Source of the DNA: a virus
Taxonomy: Duplodnaviria; Caudoviricetes
DNA: 26,996 nt
IMG/VR virus record: IMGVR_UViG_3300028792_000009
Span: 1 to 26,996 of that record
Strand: one strand, 5' to 3'
The notes beneath the pieces were generated by a model that saw only the letters and a list, made by a program, of their open reading frames with translations, had not been told where the DNA came from and ran no database searches. The first letter of the stretch is position 1. Every line of letters begins with the position of its first letter. Shown here one piece after another: positions 1 to 10,183 of this stretch. Made by a program: the position numbers and the translations under genes.

Positions 1-138
1 GGAACGCAGTACTCGGACTGGATCGTGGTGCAGGCGACAGCGGAACCCGACGTTGCAGGTGTCGGCCCGGTCCTCGGCTTCACGGCAGAAGGAACGCTGA
101 TTCCCATCACGTTCAACATCAACTGGATCGAAGACTGA
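1..138 (+). CDS. 3' end of an upstream virion/tail gene (partial)
   Basis: Frame 1 is open from base 1 (GTQYSDWIVVQATAEPD...ITFNINWIED) to TGA 136-138, with phage-like codon usage. It is followed by GAGGTAGGA and the ATG at 150. Confidence 0.7.
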   Translation, partial: GTQYSDWIVVQATAEPDVAGVGPVLGFTAEGTLIPITFNINWIED

Positions 139-149
139 GGTAGGACAAC

Positions 150-563
150 ATGGCTGGTAGTAAGGCGCAATATCTCCAGAACGCGGCGCTGAACACGGTG
201 CTCGGAGGCCCGCAGTTCACTCTCCCGTCGTTCGTGCACATCGCTTTGTCGACTGCTGCGTTCACGAGCACGGCCACAGGCTCAGCGATGACAGAGGTCA
301 ACGCTGGTGGCTACTCCCGTGTGCAGGTGCAGAACAACACCTCCAACTGGCCGAACGCTTCGAACGGGTCGAAGGCGAACAACGCCGTCTTCACGTTCAC
401 CAGCGCCACCGCCAACTGGGGCACGGTCCTGTCCTTCTACATCGTCGATGCCAGTTCGGCAGGCAACGTTCTTTATGGCGCTGACCTGACGACCTCTCGC
501 ACGATCAACTCCGGTGACACCGCGTCCTTCGCGGTCGGTTCCATCACCCTCACCGAGAACTAG
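150..563 (+). CDS. Conserved small phage tail/virion structural protein
   Basis: 137 aa. Motifs YLQNAALN, EV.xGGYSRV and F.SATANWGTV..F.I.DA..AGN.L match a widespread phage tail-associated family as recalled by eye. An RBS is present. Confidence 0.75.
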   Translation: MAGSKAQYLQNAALNTVLGGPQFTLPSFVHIALSTAAFTSTATGSAMTEVNAGGYSRVQVQNNTSNWPNASNGSKANNAVFTFTSATANWGTVLSFYIVDASSAGNVLYGADLTTSRTINSGDTASFAVGSITLTEN

Positions 564-572
564 GAGACGGAC

Positions 573-881
573 ATGCAGGACACGGTTGCAGCCCTTGAGG
601 CCGCTGGCTTCAAGCACGATGACGAAGGCAAGCAGTACCTGGAGGAGTTCGCCAACAAGGCTGAGATGCACAACGGCGGCGAGTACGTCGTTCACGGCTT
701 CTGGAAGCGCGGGATGGTCTCTGTTCACATCGAGCAGAACACGACCACCGAAGTTCAGGACGGCATTTCTTCTGTTGTCACTCACCCGACCGTTGCCGCT
801 GTTTCAGGACCCAACGGTCGTGTCGCGGTCAACGCGTCAGACATCGAAGGCATCCTGTACGCGGCTGACCAGTTGGGCTAG
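573..881 (+). CDS. Hypothetical acidic protein (102 aa) in the tail region
   Basis: RBS AGGAG 10 nt upstream. It fills the gap between its neighbours and has typical codon bias. Confidence 0.75.
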   Translation: MQDTVAALEAAGFKHDDEGKQYLEEFANKAEMHNGGEYVVHGFWKRGMVSVHIEQNTTTEVQDGISSVVTHPTVAAVSGPNGRVAVNASDIEGILYAADQLG

Positions 882-888
882 ATAGCCC

Positions 889-3330
889 ATGGCAGATCTC
901 TATCGGGATTTCGTCTTCACCCGGTGCACTACACCGGTTGCCTCTACTGACCTGAATGTGTCGGTAGAGGATGTCTCGTTGTTCCCGAGCAACAACGTCT
1001 TGGCTCGTGGCGAGTTCTATGTCGCCTTCGAGTCCAGCCTGTCGTACCCGCACACTTTTGAGATCTGCCGCGTTGTCAGTGTCAACACGGCCACCAAGAC
1101 CCTGACCCTACTGCGCGCGCAAGGTGGTAGCACAGCGCAGGCGCACCCCATCGTCACGTACATCAAGGGCACGCTCACTGCTGACATGGTGCGGCGGGCA
1201 CGCCAGGGATTCCAGGGTGCTACGGCACCTTCGCCAGATCTGGATGTCTTTGTCGTCGGTGACCGCTACTTCAACACCACTGAAAACCGGTACTACGCTT
1301 TCACCGGCAAGGCTGGTTGGTTTGTAGACACGTTTACTCGCGCTGCCAGTGCGCTGACTCTCGGCAACACCGAGACGGTCACAACAAACGTTTTCAACGC
1401 TGCACCACAGGTTCCGTACAACCTGCCCTACGTGGGCACCTGGCAGCCTGTCACTGGAGTCTGGGGCGTCAACGCCAGCGGACAGGCGTACTACGTTTCG
1501 GGTGCTGTCAGTAACACGGCAGTGGCAACGCTGAACGTCGGTGGCATCGACGTTGACTTCTCGTTCGACATGTTCGCCAGCACCACAGCAGGGTCGGACT
1601 ACGGACTCGTTTTCCGATCCAACACCGACTTCACATACGGGTACTACCTCCAGTGCGCTGGGACCACAGCGACGCTGTACCGAATGAACAACGGTACGTT
1701 TGGCACAACGTCACAGACGACCACGTACACCACAAACACGGCGCACACCTGGCGTGTCACTGCCATTGGCAACGCCATCACCGTGTACCGGGATGGCACG
1801 TCGGTGATCTCGTACACCGAAGCCGTGAACGCCATGTTGGCGACGACTGGCAACGTCGGTGCCAGTCTCGGCATGCGCATTGGCACCGCCTCAGGTATTT
1901 CAGACACCAGTCTGTACTGGGACAACTTCAAGGCAACGACCCCTGGTAACACCGCGCCGAACAGCCCCACGCCACAGGGATGGGCTCCAACCTCAGCCAT
2001 CACCGGCAGCACAACTGACCCGACCACCTTCACGCAGGCGCAGTTGGCAAACATTGAAGGAAACCTGCTGAACGTTGTCCAGCAACTGGACGACGCTATC
2101 CAGGCTGACGCCAACGTCGAGTCAACGGTGCTCAAGCACGACATCGACATCGCTGCCATCTACGCAACGATGGATGACTGGCTCTCTGTCATCCAGGATC
2201 ACGAGACGCGGATCGCCAGTCAGGCAAACACCGACGTTGTGGTGGCAACTCAGGTAGATGAGTTGGCCGCAACCCTTGTGTCGAGTACGTCGCAGTATGC
2301 AATCGGTGCACCTAGCATCACAGGAACACTCGGTCAGATCTACGTAGATGGCACCAGTAAGCGAATCTGGTCACATGATGGAACCAACTGGCAGGTACTC
2401 ACATACTCCGGCCCTGGTGCGACCATTTCACCGGTCTCGTTTGTCGGCTCTACGACCAACGGTTCTTCGGCGTCCTACACGCTTGCGCTTCCTTCCGGTA
2501 GCGCAGTCGGTGATACCGCGCTTTTGTTCTGGTCGTACTACGTCGACTCAGATCGAGGCACCCCGACAGGCTTCACTCGCCTGACGTACAACAACATCGT
2601 CCCGTACTACTGGGGTGGTGGTATTTCGGCGTACAAGATTCTGACAGCCAGCGATATCTCTACTGGAAGTGTCTCCGTTCCGTCGTACGACCAGGGCAAC
2701 GGCGTTTTGCGTGTGTACCGCAACTGTTCTACGCCAGTGGCAACTAGCAACGTTTCTGCTCCTGGTAACAACGGGCTGGTCACGGCTCCTGCTGCCACTT
2801 CGGTGAATCCAAACAGCACCGTGGTGTCGTTCTTCTGGGTTGAGGCTCCTGGCGCGGTCGTCAACAGCCCTACAGGCGTCACCAGCAACATTTCATCGCG
2901 TCAGCAAGGAAGTCCGACTAACGCGATCTACAGCGGTGACACAACTTTCACCGGTACCGCACCTACTCGCACATTCCTCGCTGGCTCCCCTCAGGGCGGA
3001 TCTCCCGCGACCGGATCTATCAGCGTGGTCCTCTCACCAGTGGGCGGGGTTGTCCCGTCTCCATTCGGGTTGACCACATCTGTTGTTGCCAACTACAGCG
3101 CTGGTTCCGGCGAGGTCGTTCTGGTAAACGCAGCATCTGGTGCGGCGACGGTGGCTCTTCCCACACCCACGGCCAACACCACTATCACTGTGAAGAAAAC
3201 AGACGCCGGTACAAATGCTGTGACTGTTTCGTCTGCGGCGTCGATTGACGGAGCAGGCACGTTTGTTCTCCGCAATCAGTATGACGCGGTTTCCATGATC
3301 GCTGACGGAACCACTTGGTGGGTCTTCTAA
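889..3330 (+). CDS. Tail fibre / minor tail protein (813 aa) with lectin-like beta-sandwich, coiled coil and C-terminal fibre domain
   Basis: N-terminal tail-attachment motif (FEI..V..V....LTL.RAQGGSTAQAH), a concanavalin/DUF1080-like segment (DYGLVFR...HTWRVTAIGNAITVYRDG...WDNF), a heptad-rich acidic stretch, and C-terminal V.LP.P.....ITVKKTD...IDG...L..QYD.V...DGTTW. Confidence 0.85.
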   Translation: MADLYRDFVFTRCTTPVASTDLNVSVEDVSLFPSNNVLARGEFYVAFESSLSYPHTFEICRVVSVNTATKTLTLLRAQGGSTAQAHPIVTYIKGTLTADMVRRARQGFQGATAPSPDLDVFVVGDRYFNTTENRYYAFTGKAGWFVDTFTRAASALTLGNTETVTTNVFNAAPQVPYNLPYVGTWQPVTGVWGVNASGQAYYVSGAVSNTAVATLNVGGIDVDFSFDMFASTTAGSDYGLVFRSNTDFTYGYYLQCAGTTATLYRMNNGTFGTTSQTTTYTTNTAHTWRVTAIGNAITVYRDGTSVISYTEAVNAMLATTGNVGASLGMRIGTASGISDTSLYWDNFKATTPGNTAPNSPTPQGWAPTSAITGSTTDPTTFTQAQLANIEGNLLNVVQQLDDAIQADANVESTVLKHDIDIAAIYATMDDWLSVIQDHETRIASQANTDVVVATQVDELAATLVSSTSQYAIGAPSITGTLGQIYVDGTSKRIWSHDGTNWQVLTYSGPGATISPVSFVGSTTNGSSASYTLALPSGSAVGDTALLFWSYYVDSDRGTPTGFTRLTYNNIVPYYWGGGISAYKILTASDISTGSVSVPSYDQGNGVLRVYRNCSTPVATSNVSAPGNNGLVTAPAATSVNPNSTVVSFFWVEAPGAVVNSPTGVTSNISSRQQGSPTNAIYSGDTTFTGTAPTRTFLAGSPQGGSPATGSISVVLSPVGGVVPSPFGLTTSVVANYSAGSGEVVLVNAASGAATVALPTPTANTTITVKKTDAGTNAVTVSSAASIDGAGTFVLRNQYDAVSMIADGTTWWVF

Positions 3331-5441
3331 TGTCCTACTCAAAGAACGGCTTCCTGGCTACAGGCTCTGGTGGTGGTGTCGGTACCAGTGCCACCATCGT
3401 CCCTACTGCACGTCAGATCGTTATTGACGATTGCAGTTCGGTGGGAACTCCGGCTGGAATCACGGTCGGCGGTTCCATCACGTTCGACGGAACACGCCTG
3501 GCTCGTCTGTTCAACGGTGTCACCCTCTACCAGACTTCGAACTTTACGTTCAATGAGTTTGTCGCCATCGAAGTTTTGACGCAGCGCATCAGTTCACTCG
3601 CCAGTGGTGAGTTTCAGATCCACCTCAAGCGCGCATCTGACAACGCTGAACTGGGCTACATTTCTTTGCAGAGCGATGGCAACCTGGTCATCTATGCAAC
3701 TTCTGCTTCTGGGTCAGGCACTGTTGGTGCACAAGGTGATCGCTACAAGATCAACCTGAACTTCAATGGCTCAACAGTTGACGCAGTTATCCGCCGTGGA
3801 TCTTTCTCTGATGTCGGAGGAACTCTCGCGCTCAACCAGACCGGTTACGCCTCCACAACCATTGCGGATGGAACGTCCGTCTATTTGACGCTCTCCACAA
3901 CAGGCACAGCCCAGTTTGCCCTACACGGACTTCGCGTCTTCAACGGTCCGATCACCTACGGTGCGGACACTCTTTCCGGATCCGTCCTCCAGGGCGTCAC
4001 ATACGCGTCACCGTCAATGAGTAAGCCGCAGGGTGTGATCTCTCGGCAGTACACCTTCGACAACGACAACAACGGGTTCGTCAATGACGTAGGCACGATG
4101 ACTGTCGTCAACAGTCGTCTGCAACTGGCGTCGTCCGGCAACAACAACATGACGGCCCTTGAGCCTTCGGCGACAGCCAACGTTGCTGACGGAGAACTAT
4201 GGGCTGACATCTACCCGATCTCTGCTGACAGCAGTGGGCAGTATGACTACGGGCTGGTGTTCCGAGCGACAGATGCCAACAACCACTACCTTCTCGCTCT
4301 TCGCCAAGGGACCACTGGCTCGTCGTCGTCAGAGTTCGAGGTCTACAAGAAGGTTGCTGGCACCTACACCAGCATCCGAGGCACAGTCGGTGTCACCACC
4401 TACAACAACCCGATGGCCCTGTCTGGGACCACGCCCGCCCGAGTCATGGTTCGTTTCGTGGGTTCTCAGATCAGCGTGTACTGCAACGAAGTCTTCGTTC
4501 TTGGTACGACAGATGGGACCTACACCACCGGTCGTATTGGCGTCCGTACTGCTGGCTCAACTGGCGGTGTCACGGCACAGTTCGACAACCTGAGCGTCTA
4601 CTCGCTGTCATCCACCTGGACGCCACTGGCGTACACGCCGCAGTCTGCCGCCGCTGCGGTGCAGTATCAGATTCCGACGAACGGCCAAATCAACTACTGC
4701 GAAGTCACGTCGTCGGCTAACGGATCGCTGACCAACCAAACATGGTCCACGATCAACAACCTCGACACCATCGTCGCTGACCCGAACAACCTCTACAACA
4801 CGACGACCAAGCAGTACACGGTGCCAGTGGCTGGCACCTATCAGATCAACATGTACTTCCGGTCTGATGCTGCGGCAGGATCGAACGTCGGGTTTGCTGT
4901 TCACACCAGCAACGCTGACAGCCCCTACACGGTGTGGCGTCAGGACAGTGCCGGTACAGGAAACCGACACACGTACAACTACTCGCGGGTCAGCAAGTTC
5001 AACGCAGGAGACCAACTACGCGCCTTTGCGTACGTAGATGTGGCTGGCACCACGGTGATCCAGGGAGCCATCCTGGTGATCCAGCAGGTGGCTACCTCAG
5101 CGACGCTGGCTGCGGCATCAACTGTGCCGGAGACGGTATCCACCACCTCAGTGGGATCGGCCTACTCGCTTCCGGATCCTGCCGTAGCAAGCATCTCCAA
5201 CATCACGATGACGGCGAACACTGTCTTCACGTTCCCAACACCTGCTGCCGGTAAGTCCTTCACCCTCGTCCTGTCCCAGGACGCCACCGGTTCACGTGTA
5301 CCGACGTGGCCTTCCAGCGTGAAGTGGCCGAGCGGGAACGCTCCTACCGTCACGTCTACCGCGAACAAGACGGATGTCCTTTTCTTCCTGGCTGTGGACG
5401 CTGTGTCGTGGCTGGGCTCCATGGGTGGGCGTAACTACTGA
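3330..5441 (+). CDS. Tail fibre / receptor-binding protein with DUF1080-like lectin, C1q-like and C-terminal fibre domains
   Basis: The likely start is ATG 3330 (TAATG overlap), not 3315. Motifs: DYGLVFRATDANNHY...GRIGVR...FDNL; YNTTTKQYTVPVAGTYQI...FNAGDQL (C1q/TNF-like); FTLVLSQDATGSR..TWPSSVKWP. Confidence 0.85.
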   Translation: MSYSKNGFLATGSGGGVGTSATIVPTARQIVIDDCSSVGTPAGITVGGSITFDGTRLARLFNGVTLYQTSNFTFNEFVAIEVLTQRISSLASGEFQIHLKRASDNAELGYISLQSDGNLVIYATSASGSGTVGAQGDRYKINLNFNGSTVDAVIRRGSFSDVGGTLALNQTGYASTTIADGTSVYLTLSTTGTAQFALHGLRVFNGPITYGADTLSGSVLQGVTYASPSMSKPQGVISRQYTFDNDNNGFVNDVGTMTVVNSRLQLASSGNNNMTALEPSATANVADGELWADIYPISADSSGQYDYGLVFRATDANNHYLLALRQGTTGSSSSEFEVYKKVAGTYTSIRGTVGVTTYNNPMALSGTTPARVMVRFVGSQISVYCNEVFVLGTTDGTYTTGRIGVRTAGSTGGVTAQFDNLSVYSLSSTWTPLAYTPQSAAAAVQYQIPTNGQINYCEVTSSANGSLTNQTWSTINNLDTIVADPNNLYNTTTKQYTVPVAGTYQINMYFRSDAAAGSNVGFAVHTSNADSPYTVWRQDSAGTGNRHTYNYSRVSKFNAGDQLRAFAYVDVAGTTVIQGAILVIQQVATSATLAAASTVPETVSTTSVGSAYSLPDPAVASISNITMTANTVFTFPTPAAGKSFTLVLSQDATGSRVPTWPSSVKWPSGNAPTVTSTANKTDVLFFLAVDAVSWLGSMGGRNY

Positions 5442-6646
5442 TGCCCATTCCCGCAGCAGCACGCTGCCGTCCTGCCCTTGACTGGCGTTACCGCCTAGAG
5501 GTCATGGACGACGCCCCTGCCCTCTACTGGCCTTTCGATGAGACAACCGGTTCCACGGCTACGGGTCGCGGTGGCGTGAATAGTCCTGGCACGCACCGAG
5601 GCACGTACGTGCTGTTCAACCGTGACTCGGTGCAACGCAGCCCAGTGATCTACTACAACGTCGGGTCGACGCAGATCACAAGTTCGTTCATCTCTGCTCC
5701 CACCGCCCTATCGGTGGAGTTGTGGGCAAGGAAGGCCGTGGACACCAGCCTCAACCACGGTTTCTACATCGAAGGGCAGGGGTCCGGGCAGCGCCTTGCG
5801 CAGGCTCACATCTCCTGGGTGGATGGGACCATCTACTGGGACTGTGGTACCGGTGCCGTTTCCGGTGACTACGACCGCATTAACAAGGTCCGGGACTTCA
5901 CCGTGACCGACTGGCATCACTACGTCTTCACCAAGAACGTCACCACGGGTGTCATGAACACTTACGTCGATGGCGTTCTGTGGAACACGGGGTCAGGTTT
6001 CACCAAGCCGATTGGCACATCCACCGTCTGCACGGTGGGAGCGTTCACAGATGGAACAACGAACCCGTTCAACGGATACATGTGCCACTTCGCGGTCTAC
6101 AACAAGGAACTGTCAGCCACTCGGGTGGCGGCACATTACGCAGCAGCGACTCGTGTTGCCGCCACCGGCACGCTCACGCTCGTTTGGGACATGCGTCCAG
6201 ATATCACCTCTGGCAATGCTGGTGACATCACCACTCAGACCTTGACTGTGAATGGCACGTCCATCGGACAGTTCTCCAGCAACGGAGCCAACGCCGCTGG
6301 CCCTGCTGTGTGGGTGACACGAAGCGCCGACGTGACCTCACTGGTGTCAGCGGGTCAGATGGTCAGCATTACCACGGCCTACACCAGCGGGGCTGACACC
6401 GGCTATTTCCGGAACATGTACATCCGGGATGGCAGTGGCAGGGCCTTCTACGGGGGTTATCCGAGCGGTGCTCTCTACCCTGAGCCGTTCACCCTGACAG
6501 GGGGCGCGTCGGAGTACCTGTGGATGCAGGGAGGTGGTGCGCCGAACCAGTTCAGCGTGCTTACCAACTCCTACGTGAGCAATCCATCTGGCGACAGCCT
6601 GGGCCACTACTACATCCCTGTGAACCCGTTCGTGAGGGCTTCCTGA
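5441..6646 (+). CDS. LamG / concanavalin A-like domain minor tail protein
   Basis: TGATG overlap with the upstream gene. Motifs P.LYWPFDETTG, SVELWA, WHHYVFT, YVDG and F.G.....AVYNKELSA.RV.AHY are typical of LamG_3. Confidence 0.85.
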   Translation: MPIPAAARCRPALDWRYRLEVMDDAPALYWPFDETTGSTATGRGGVNSPGTHRGTYVLFNRDSVQRSPVIYYNVGSTQITSSFISAPTALSVELWARKAVDTSLNHGFYIEGQGSGQRLAQAHISWVDGTIYWDCGTGAVSGDYDRINKVRDFTVTDWHHYVFTKNVTTGVMNTYVDGVLWNTGSGFTKPIGTSTVCTVGAFTDGTTNPFNGYMCHFAVYNKELSATRVAAHYAAATRVAATGTLTLVWDMRPDITSGNAGDITTQTLTVNGTSIGQFSSNGANAAGPAVWVTRSADVTSLVSAGQMVSITTAYTSGADTGYFRNMYIRDGSGRAFYGGYPSGALYPEPFTLTGGASEYLWMQGGGAPNQFSVLTNSYVSNPSGDSLGHYYIPVNPFVRAS

Positions 6647-6699
6647 TGCCTCCAATCCCATGGTCGGCCCAGCCGATGACTACCTCTGGAGGTAAGTGA
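6646..6699 (+). CDS. Possible 17-aa micro-ORF (MPPIPWSAQPMTTSGGK)
   Basis: Its ATG overlaps the upstream TGA, and its TGA overlaps the downstream ATG (TGATG at both ends). Confidence 0.35.
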   Translation: MPPIPWSAQPMTTSGGK

Positions 6700-9600
6700 T
6701 GGCAAAGACCGCAGCACAGTTGGTGCCGCTCAAGAACCAGTTGAGCGGCTCCATGTCGATCTTCCGTTTTGCGGACTCGACCACCGACTTCGCTGGAAGC
6801 GTGGCCTACCAGGGGTTCCTCTACGACAACTCCGGCTGCTCGGTCACGCCGAACGGCACGACAGGCGTGCAGTCCACGGCTGGCACGATGGTCCCCGCGA
6901 CACCGTTGGCGATTCCAGGCGCGCCGGTTCTGACGAGCAACCAAAACGGCGCGTACACGATCAGCAGCGGGCTGAACCGTTATCAGACGCAGCAGTACTA
7001 CCACGTCGTCTTCTACGACTCCTCCTACCGTGAGTCGCAGGCGATGGTGTACCTCGCCAACATTCCTGGGCCGACCACTACGGGATCGGTGGCTTTCCAG
7101 TTCAACTGGCCTGCGAATGCTGCTGGCGCAGTGATCTACAAGCCGTACAGCGGCCAGGGCTACTACGCCGCTGTCGTTCCGAACACTGTCGGGTCTTATG
7201 TCGATGGCGGTGCGTACGCCGGTGGCATGTCTGGCGCTTCCGGCGTCTCGATCTACGGTCCTACGACTTACATGAACGCTGCTCCGTACAACGTCAACCG
7301 CTATCCGTCACCGTCGCCGAGCGCCCAGTCCATTGCTCCGACTATCAGCACCACGTCGTGTGTGATCACCGCAAACTCGACGGGTGGCAGTTTCCGCGCC
7401 AGTGGCTACACCTACGGACTGTCCGCGTTCAACACTCTTGGCGAGACCACGCTCTCTGCTGAGACAGCCATTGCCAACATCACCGGAGTGCCGTGGATCA
7501 GCGGTGCCAGTTCTGGTGTGATGAACAACGTCACCTTGGCGCAGAGCACCGCCTCTGGCGCACTGCCTATTGGCAAGTACTACTACCAGGTAACGGCCTA
7601 CACGCAGACGCCGTTCGGTGTCGGTGGCGCTAACCAGAACGGGTTCACGAACAGCAACGGTTATGGCAGTCCTTCGTCTGGTGCTGGATGGACCGAATCC
7701 CTGCCTTGCGCCGAAGTCAACGTCACCACGACAGGAGTAGGAAACGTCACGCTGTCCTGGACAGCCGTCACCAACGCTGCCGGTTATGTGATCTACCGCA
7801 GCCGCGATCTGCCTCCCCCTGTGGTCAGTGCACCGACCACAGCCACGACAGGCGGCACGCTTCCTGCTACGACTGCCTACTACTACGTGGTCACAGCAAC
7901 CAATGCGCTGGGTGAGACCCTCGCCAGCAACGAAGTGACCATCACAACGGGTGGCACATCAACGAACACCGTCACCTTGTCCTGGGCGAACGTGCCGAAC
8001 GCCTACGGCTACAAGGTGTACCGGGGTACGTCGGCTGCTGGCGAGAATGCACTTCTGACGACCATTACTTCTGGTGCCACAGTCACGTACACCGACACCG
8101 GCACGGCTGGTTCAGCGGCAACACCGCCTGTTACCAACACCGCCACAGGCGCGGGCCAGGAGACTTACATCGGCCAGGTCGCATCTGGCACCACCAGTTT
8201 CATCGACAGTGGCTACGGCTCTTACCCGGCTGCTCAGAACTCCGGATTCCAGCCACCGAAGACGTACAACGGGATCTACTCGTCCGCGACCGTGCAGGCT
8301 TCTTGGACTTCTGTGTCGGGTGCCACTGGCTACAACCTTTACCGCAACCAGCCTGGCTTGGTCGCCAACCAGGTCAATATGTCTTACTTCAACGTAACGA
8401 GCGGTGTGACGGTCACCGACTCTGGTAGCAACATCTCAGGTACGAAGTACTCGCCTCAGATCAACTGGTCTGGGTCGAACAACATCACTCTTGTCGGGCG
8501 CTACATGCAGGTACCCGCTAACGCTCCGTACATCGACAAGATGGGGTTCACGGCATCACTGGTGCCTGGACAGACGTACCGGTTCAACATTTACAGCCAG
8601 ACCAGTCAGACGAACATCTACAACTCTGGTTACTTCACTGCAACCACGTCAGCGTTGCAGTATTACGAGATCGTCCCTAACGCGAACCTGGCTTCCTACG
8701 CCGGGCATTACGTCTTCTTCTACATCCAGGGACAGAACACCACATCGACGATTGCGTGGGGTCCGAACGCCAAGCCTGGGCTTGTTGACAACGCCACCAT
8801 TGGAATCCAGAGCGAGAACAACACCTGGGCTGGGTACTACAACGGTTCCAACTACGGCGTAGTCAACAGCAGTAACCAGTTGGGCACCGCAGCCCGTGAC
8901 GGCAATGTCCCGACGCAGGTGTACAGCGAGACTGCGTGCAACTTCCCGATGCGCATCAACTTCCGCTTGCCTTTCAGCGGGACGAACATCAACGGCGTGC
9001 GAGGCACCATGCTTGGTGGTCCTCGCGTGCCGCAGTACGCCTATTCCAACAACACCACCTACACGACACCGATCAAGTCTCTGGTGCCGAACTGGAACGT
9101 TCTTGCACCGAACACTTCCGGCAACCCAGTGCTATTCGCTAATCGTTGGGTGACTGTCGAAGTTTCGACGGACGGCGGTTCTACCTACACCGCGTTGACG
9201 AACCAGTCGCGGTACGTCTTCCCGTCTCCTGTGACGCAGTTGCAGTACCGCTACACGGTGCCGCAGAACAGTATGGCGATGTCGTTCGACCGCCGCCTCA
9301 TGACGGGTCTTCCCGCCACTGACAACACATCTATCAACTCGAACTCGTACAACTACTACTACACGCCTGACACGAGCCAGGTGACGGGCTACTACTACCA
9401 GGTTCAGAACCGTGGCGACGACCTGTACATGTATTCGAACGGCAACATGCTGTTCGGAAACGTCTACAACAACTGGCAGTACAACTTCTGGTCGGTCCAA
9501 AGTTTCTCTGTTGACGTTGATATGTCTATGACGTGTTACTTCAACCAGGGTGGCAACATCGGCCTCCGCTTCCGCAATGACGGGTCAAACAACTCGTACG

Positions 9601-9956
9601 GCGGCTACTACGCCTACATCGACAACGCTGGCAACTGGGGCCTGAACCGCGCTACCTACAGCAACGGTTCAACAACGCTGGCATCCGGTTCAGGTGCTAC
9701 AAACGGCATCCTGAACCAGTCGCACATCCTGCGTGTGATCGCCATCGGCTCACACATTCAGTTCTTCGTGGATGGTCTGCGCGTCCTGGACTACACCGCC
9801 ACTGACACCGGCAACTACCTGACAGGGCAGAACGTCGGCATCTCCGGTGGCAAGGGAATCGCTCAGTCCTTCCAGGCAACAGCGCTGACCACTGCGAGCC
9901 TTGCCAACTCTCCCGCTTGGGAGTTGGAGTACGTCAGCGCCTACCTGGAGACCTAA
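6699..9956 (+). CDS. Large tail/receptor-binding protein (~1085 aa) with FN3-like modules and a C-terminal lectin-like domain
   Basis: RBS GGAGGT at 6688-6693, with the start at ATG 6699 or GTG 6696. Repeated YYY.VTA.N..GET...VTLSW..V..A.GY..YR modules. C-terminal GLRFR...H.LRV.AIGS.IQ.FVDG resembles DUF1080/LamG. Confidence 0.85.
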   Translation: MAKTAAQLVPLKNQLSGSMSIFRFADSTTDFAGSVAYQGFLYDNSGCSVTPNGTTGVQSTAGTMVPATPLAIPGAPVLTSNQNGAYTISSGLNRYQTQQYYHVVFYDSSYRESQAMVYLANIPGPTTTGSVAFQFNWPANAAGAVIYKPYSGQGYYAAVVPNTVGSYVDGGAYAGGMSGASGVSIYGPTTYMNAAPYNVNRYPSPSPSAQSIAPTISTTSCVITANSTGGSFRASGYTYGLSAFNTLGETTLSAETAIANITGVPWISGASSGVMNNVTLAQSTASGALPIGKYYYQVTAYTQTPFGVGGANQNGFTNSNGYGSPSSGAGWTESLPCAEVNVTTTGVGNVTLSWTAVTNAAGYVIYRSRDLPPPVVSAPTTATTGGTLPATTAYYYVVTATNALGETLASNEVTITTGGTSTNTVTLSWANVPNAYGYKVYRGTSAAGENALLTTITSGATVTYTDTGTAGSAATPPVTNTATGAGQETYIGQVASGTTSFIDSGYGSYPAAQNSGFQPPKTYNGIYSSATVQASWTSVSGATGYNLYRNQPGLVANQVNMSYFNVTSGVTVTDSGSNISGTKYSPQINWSGSNNITLVGRYMQVPANAPYIDKMGFTASLVPGQTYRFNIYSQTSQTNIYNSGYFTATTSALQYYEIVPNANLASYAGHYVFFYIQGQNTTSTIAWGPNAKPGLVDNATIGIQSENNTWAGYYNGSNYGVVNSSNQLGTAARDGNVPTQVYSETACNFPMRINFRLPFSGTNINGVRGTMLGGPRVPQYAYSNNTTYTTPIKSLVPNWNVLAPNTSGNPVLFANRWVTVEVSTDGGSTYTALTNQSRYVFPSPVTQLQYRYTVPQNSMAMSFDRRLMTGLPATDNTSINSNSYNYYYTPDTSQVTGYYYQVQNRGDDLYMYSNGNMLFGNVYNNWQYNFWSVQSFSVDVDMSMTCYFNQGGNIGLRFRNDGSNNSYGGYYAYIDNAGNWGLNRATYSNGSTTLASGSGATNGILNQSHILRVIAIGSHIQFFVDGLRVLDYTATDTGNYLTGQNVGISGGKGIAQSFQATALTTASLANSPAWELEYVSAYLET

Positions 9957-9959
9957 GCC

Positions 9960-10181
9960 ATGTGCGGGGATGGGCGTCACCCGCCTGACTCATGGGGTCA
10001 CCTAACCCTGGTCGAGTTCAGCCTCGATGTGTACAGCAACTGGACGGTACACATCGAGGCTGACGACATGCCAGAAAAAAACTACGTCCGTCTGAACGAC
10101 ATTTGGGTCGATGCGGAAGGCGTCGAGGTCGACCACGAGGGGTCGCACTACCTCGACGTGCGCTGCTTCGGTAAGTACTAG
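9960..10181 (+). CDS. Hypothetical acidic protein (73 aa)
   Basis: Fills the gap between two tail genes with 2-3 nt spacing. The RBS is weak. Confidence 0.6.
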   Translation: MCGDGRHPPDSWGHLTLVEFSLDVYSNWTVHIEADDMPEKNYVRLNDIWVDAEGVEVDHEGSHYLDVRCFGKY

Positions 10182-10183
10182 TC

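Noticed and set aside
8700-9700. AAC/TAC-rich tail gene segment suggesting a diversity-generating retroelement template or target
   Set aside because: There is no reverse transcriptase in the window and I saw no TR/VR near-duplicate. The Asn/Tyr richness with C-ending codons is explained by composition.
10076-10082. In-frame A-AAA-AAC slippery heptamer in the 73-aa ORF, whose -1 frame matches the next gene
   Set aside because: The -1 frame hits TAA at 10172-10174 before ATG 10184, so no fusion protein would result.
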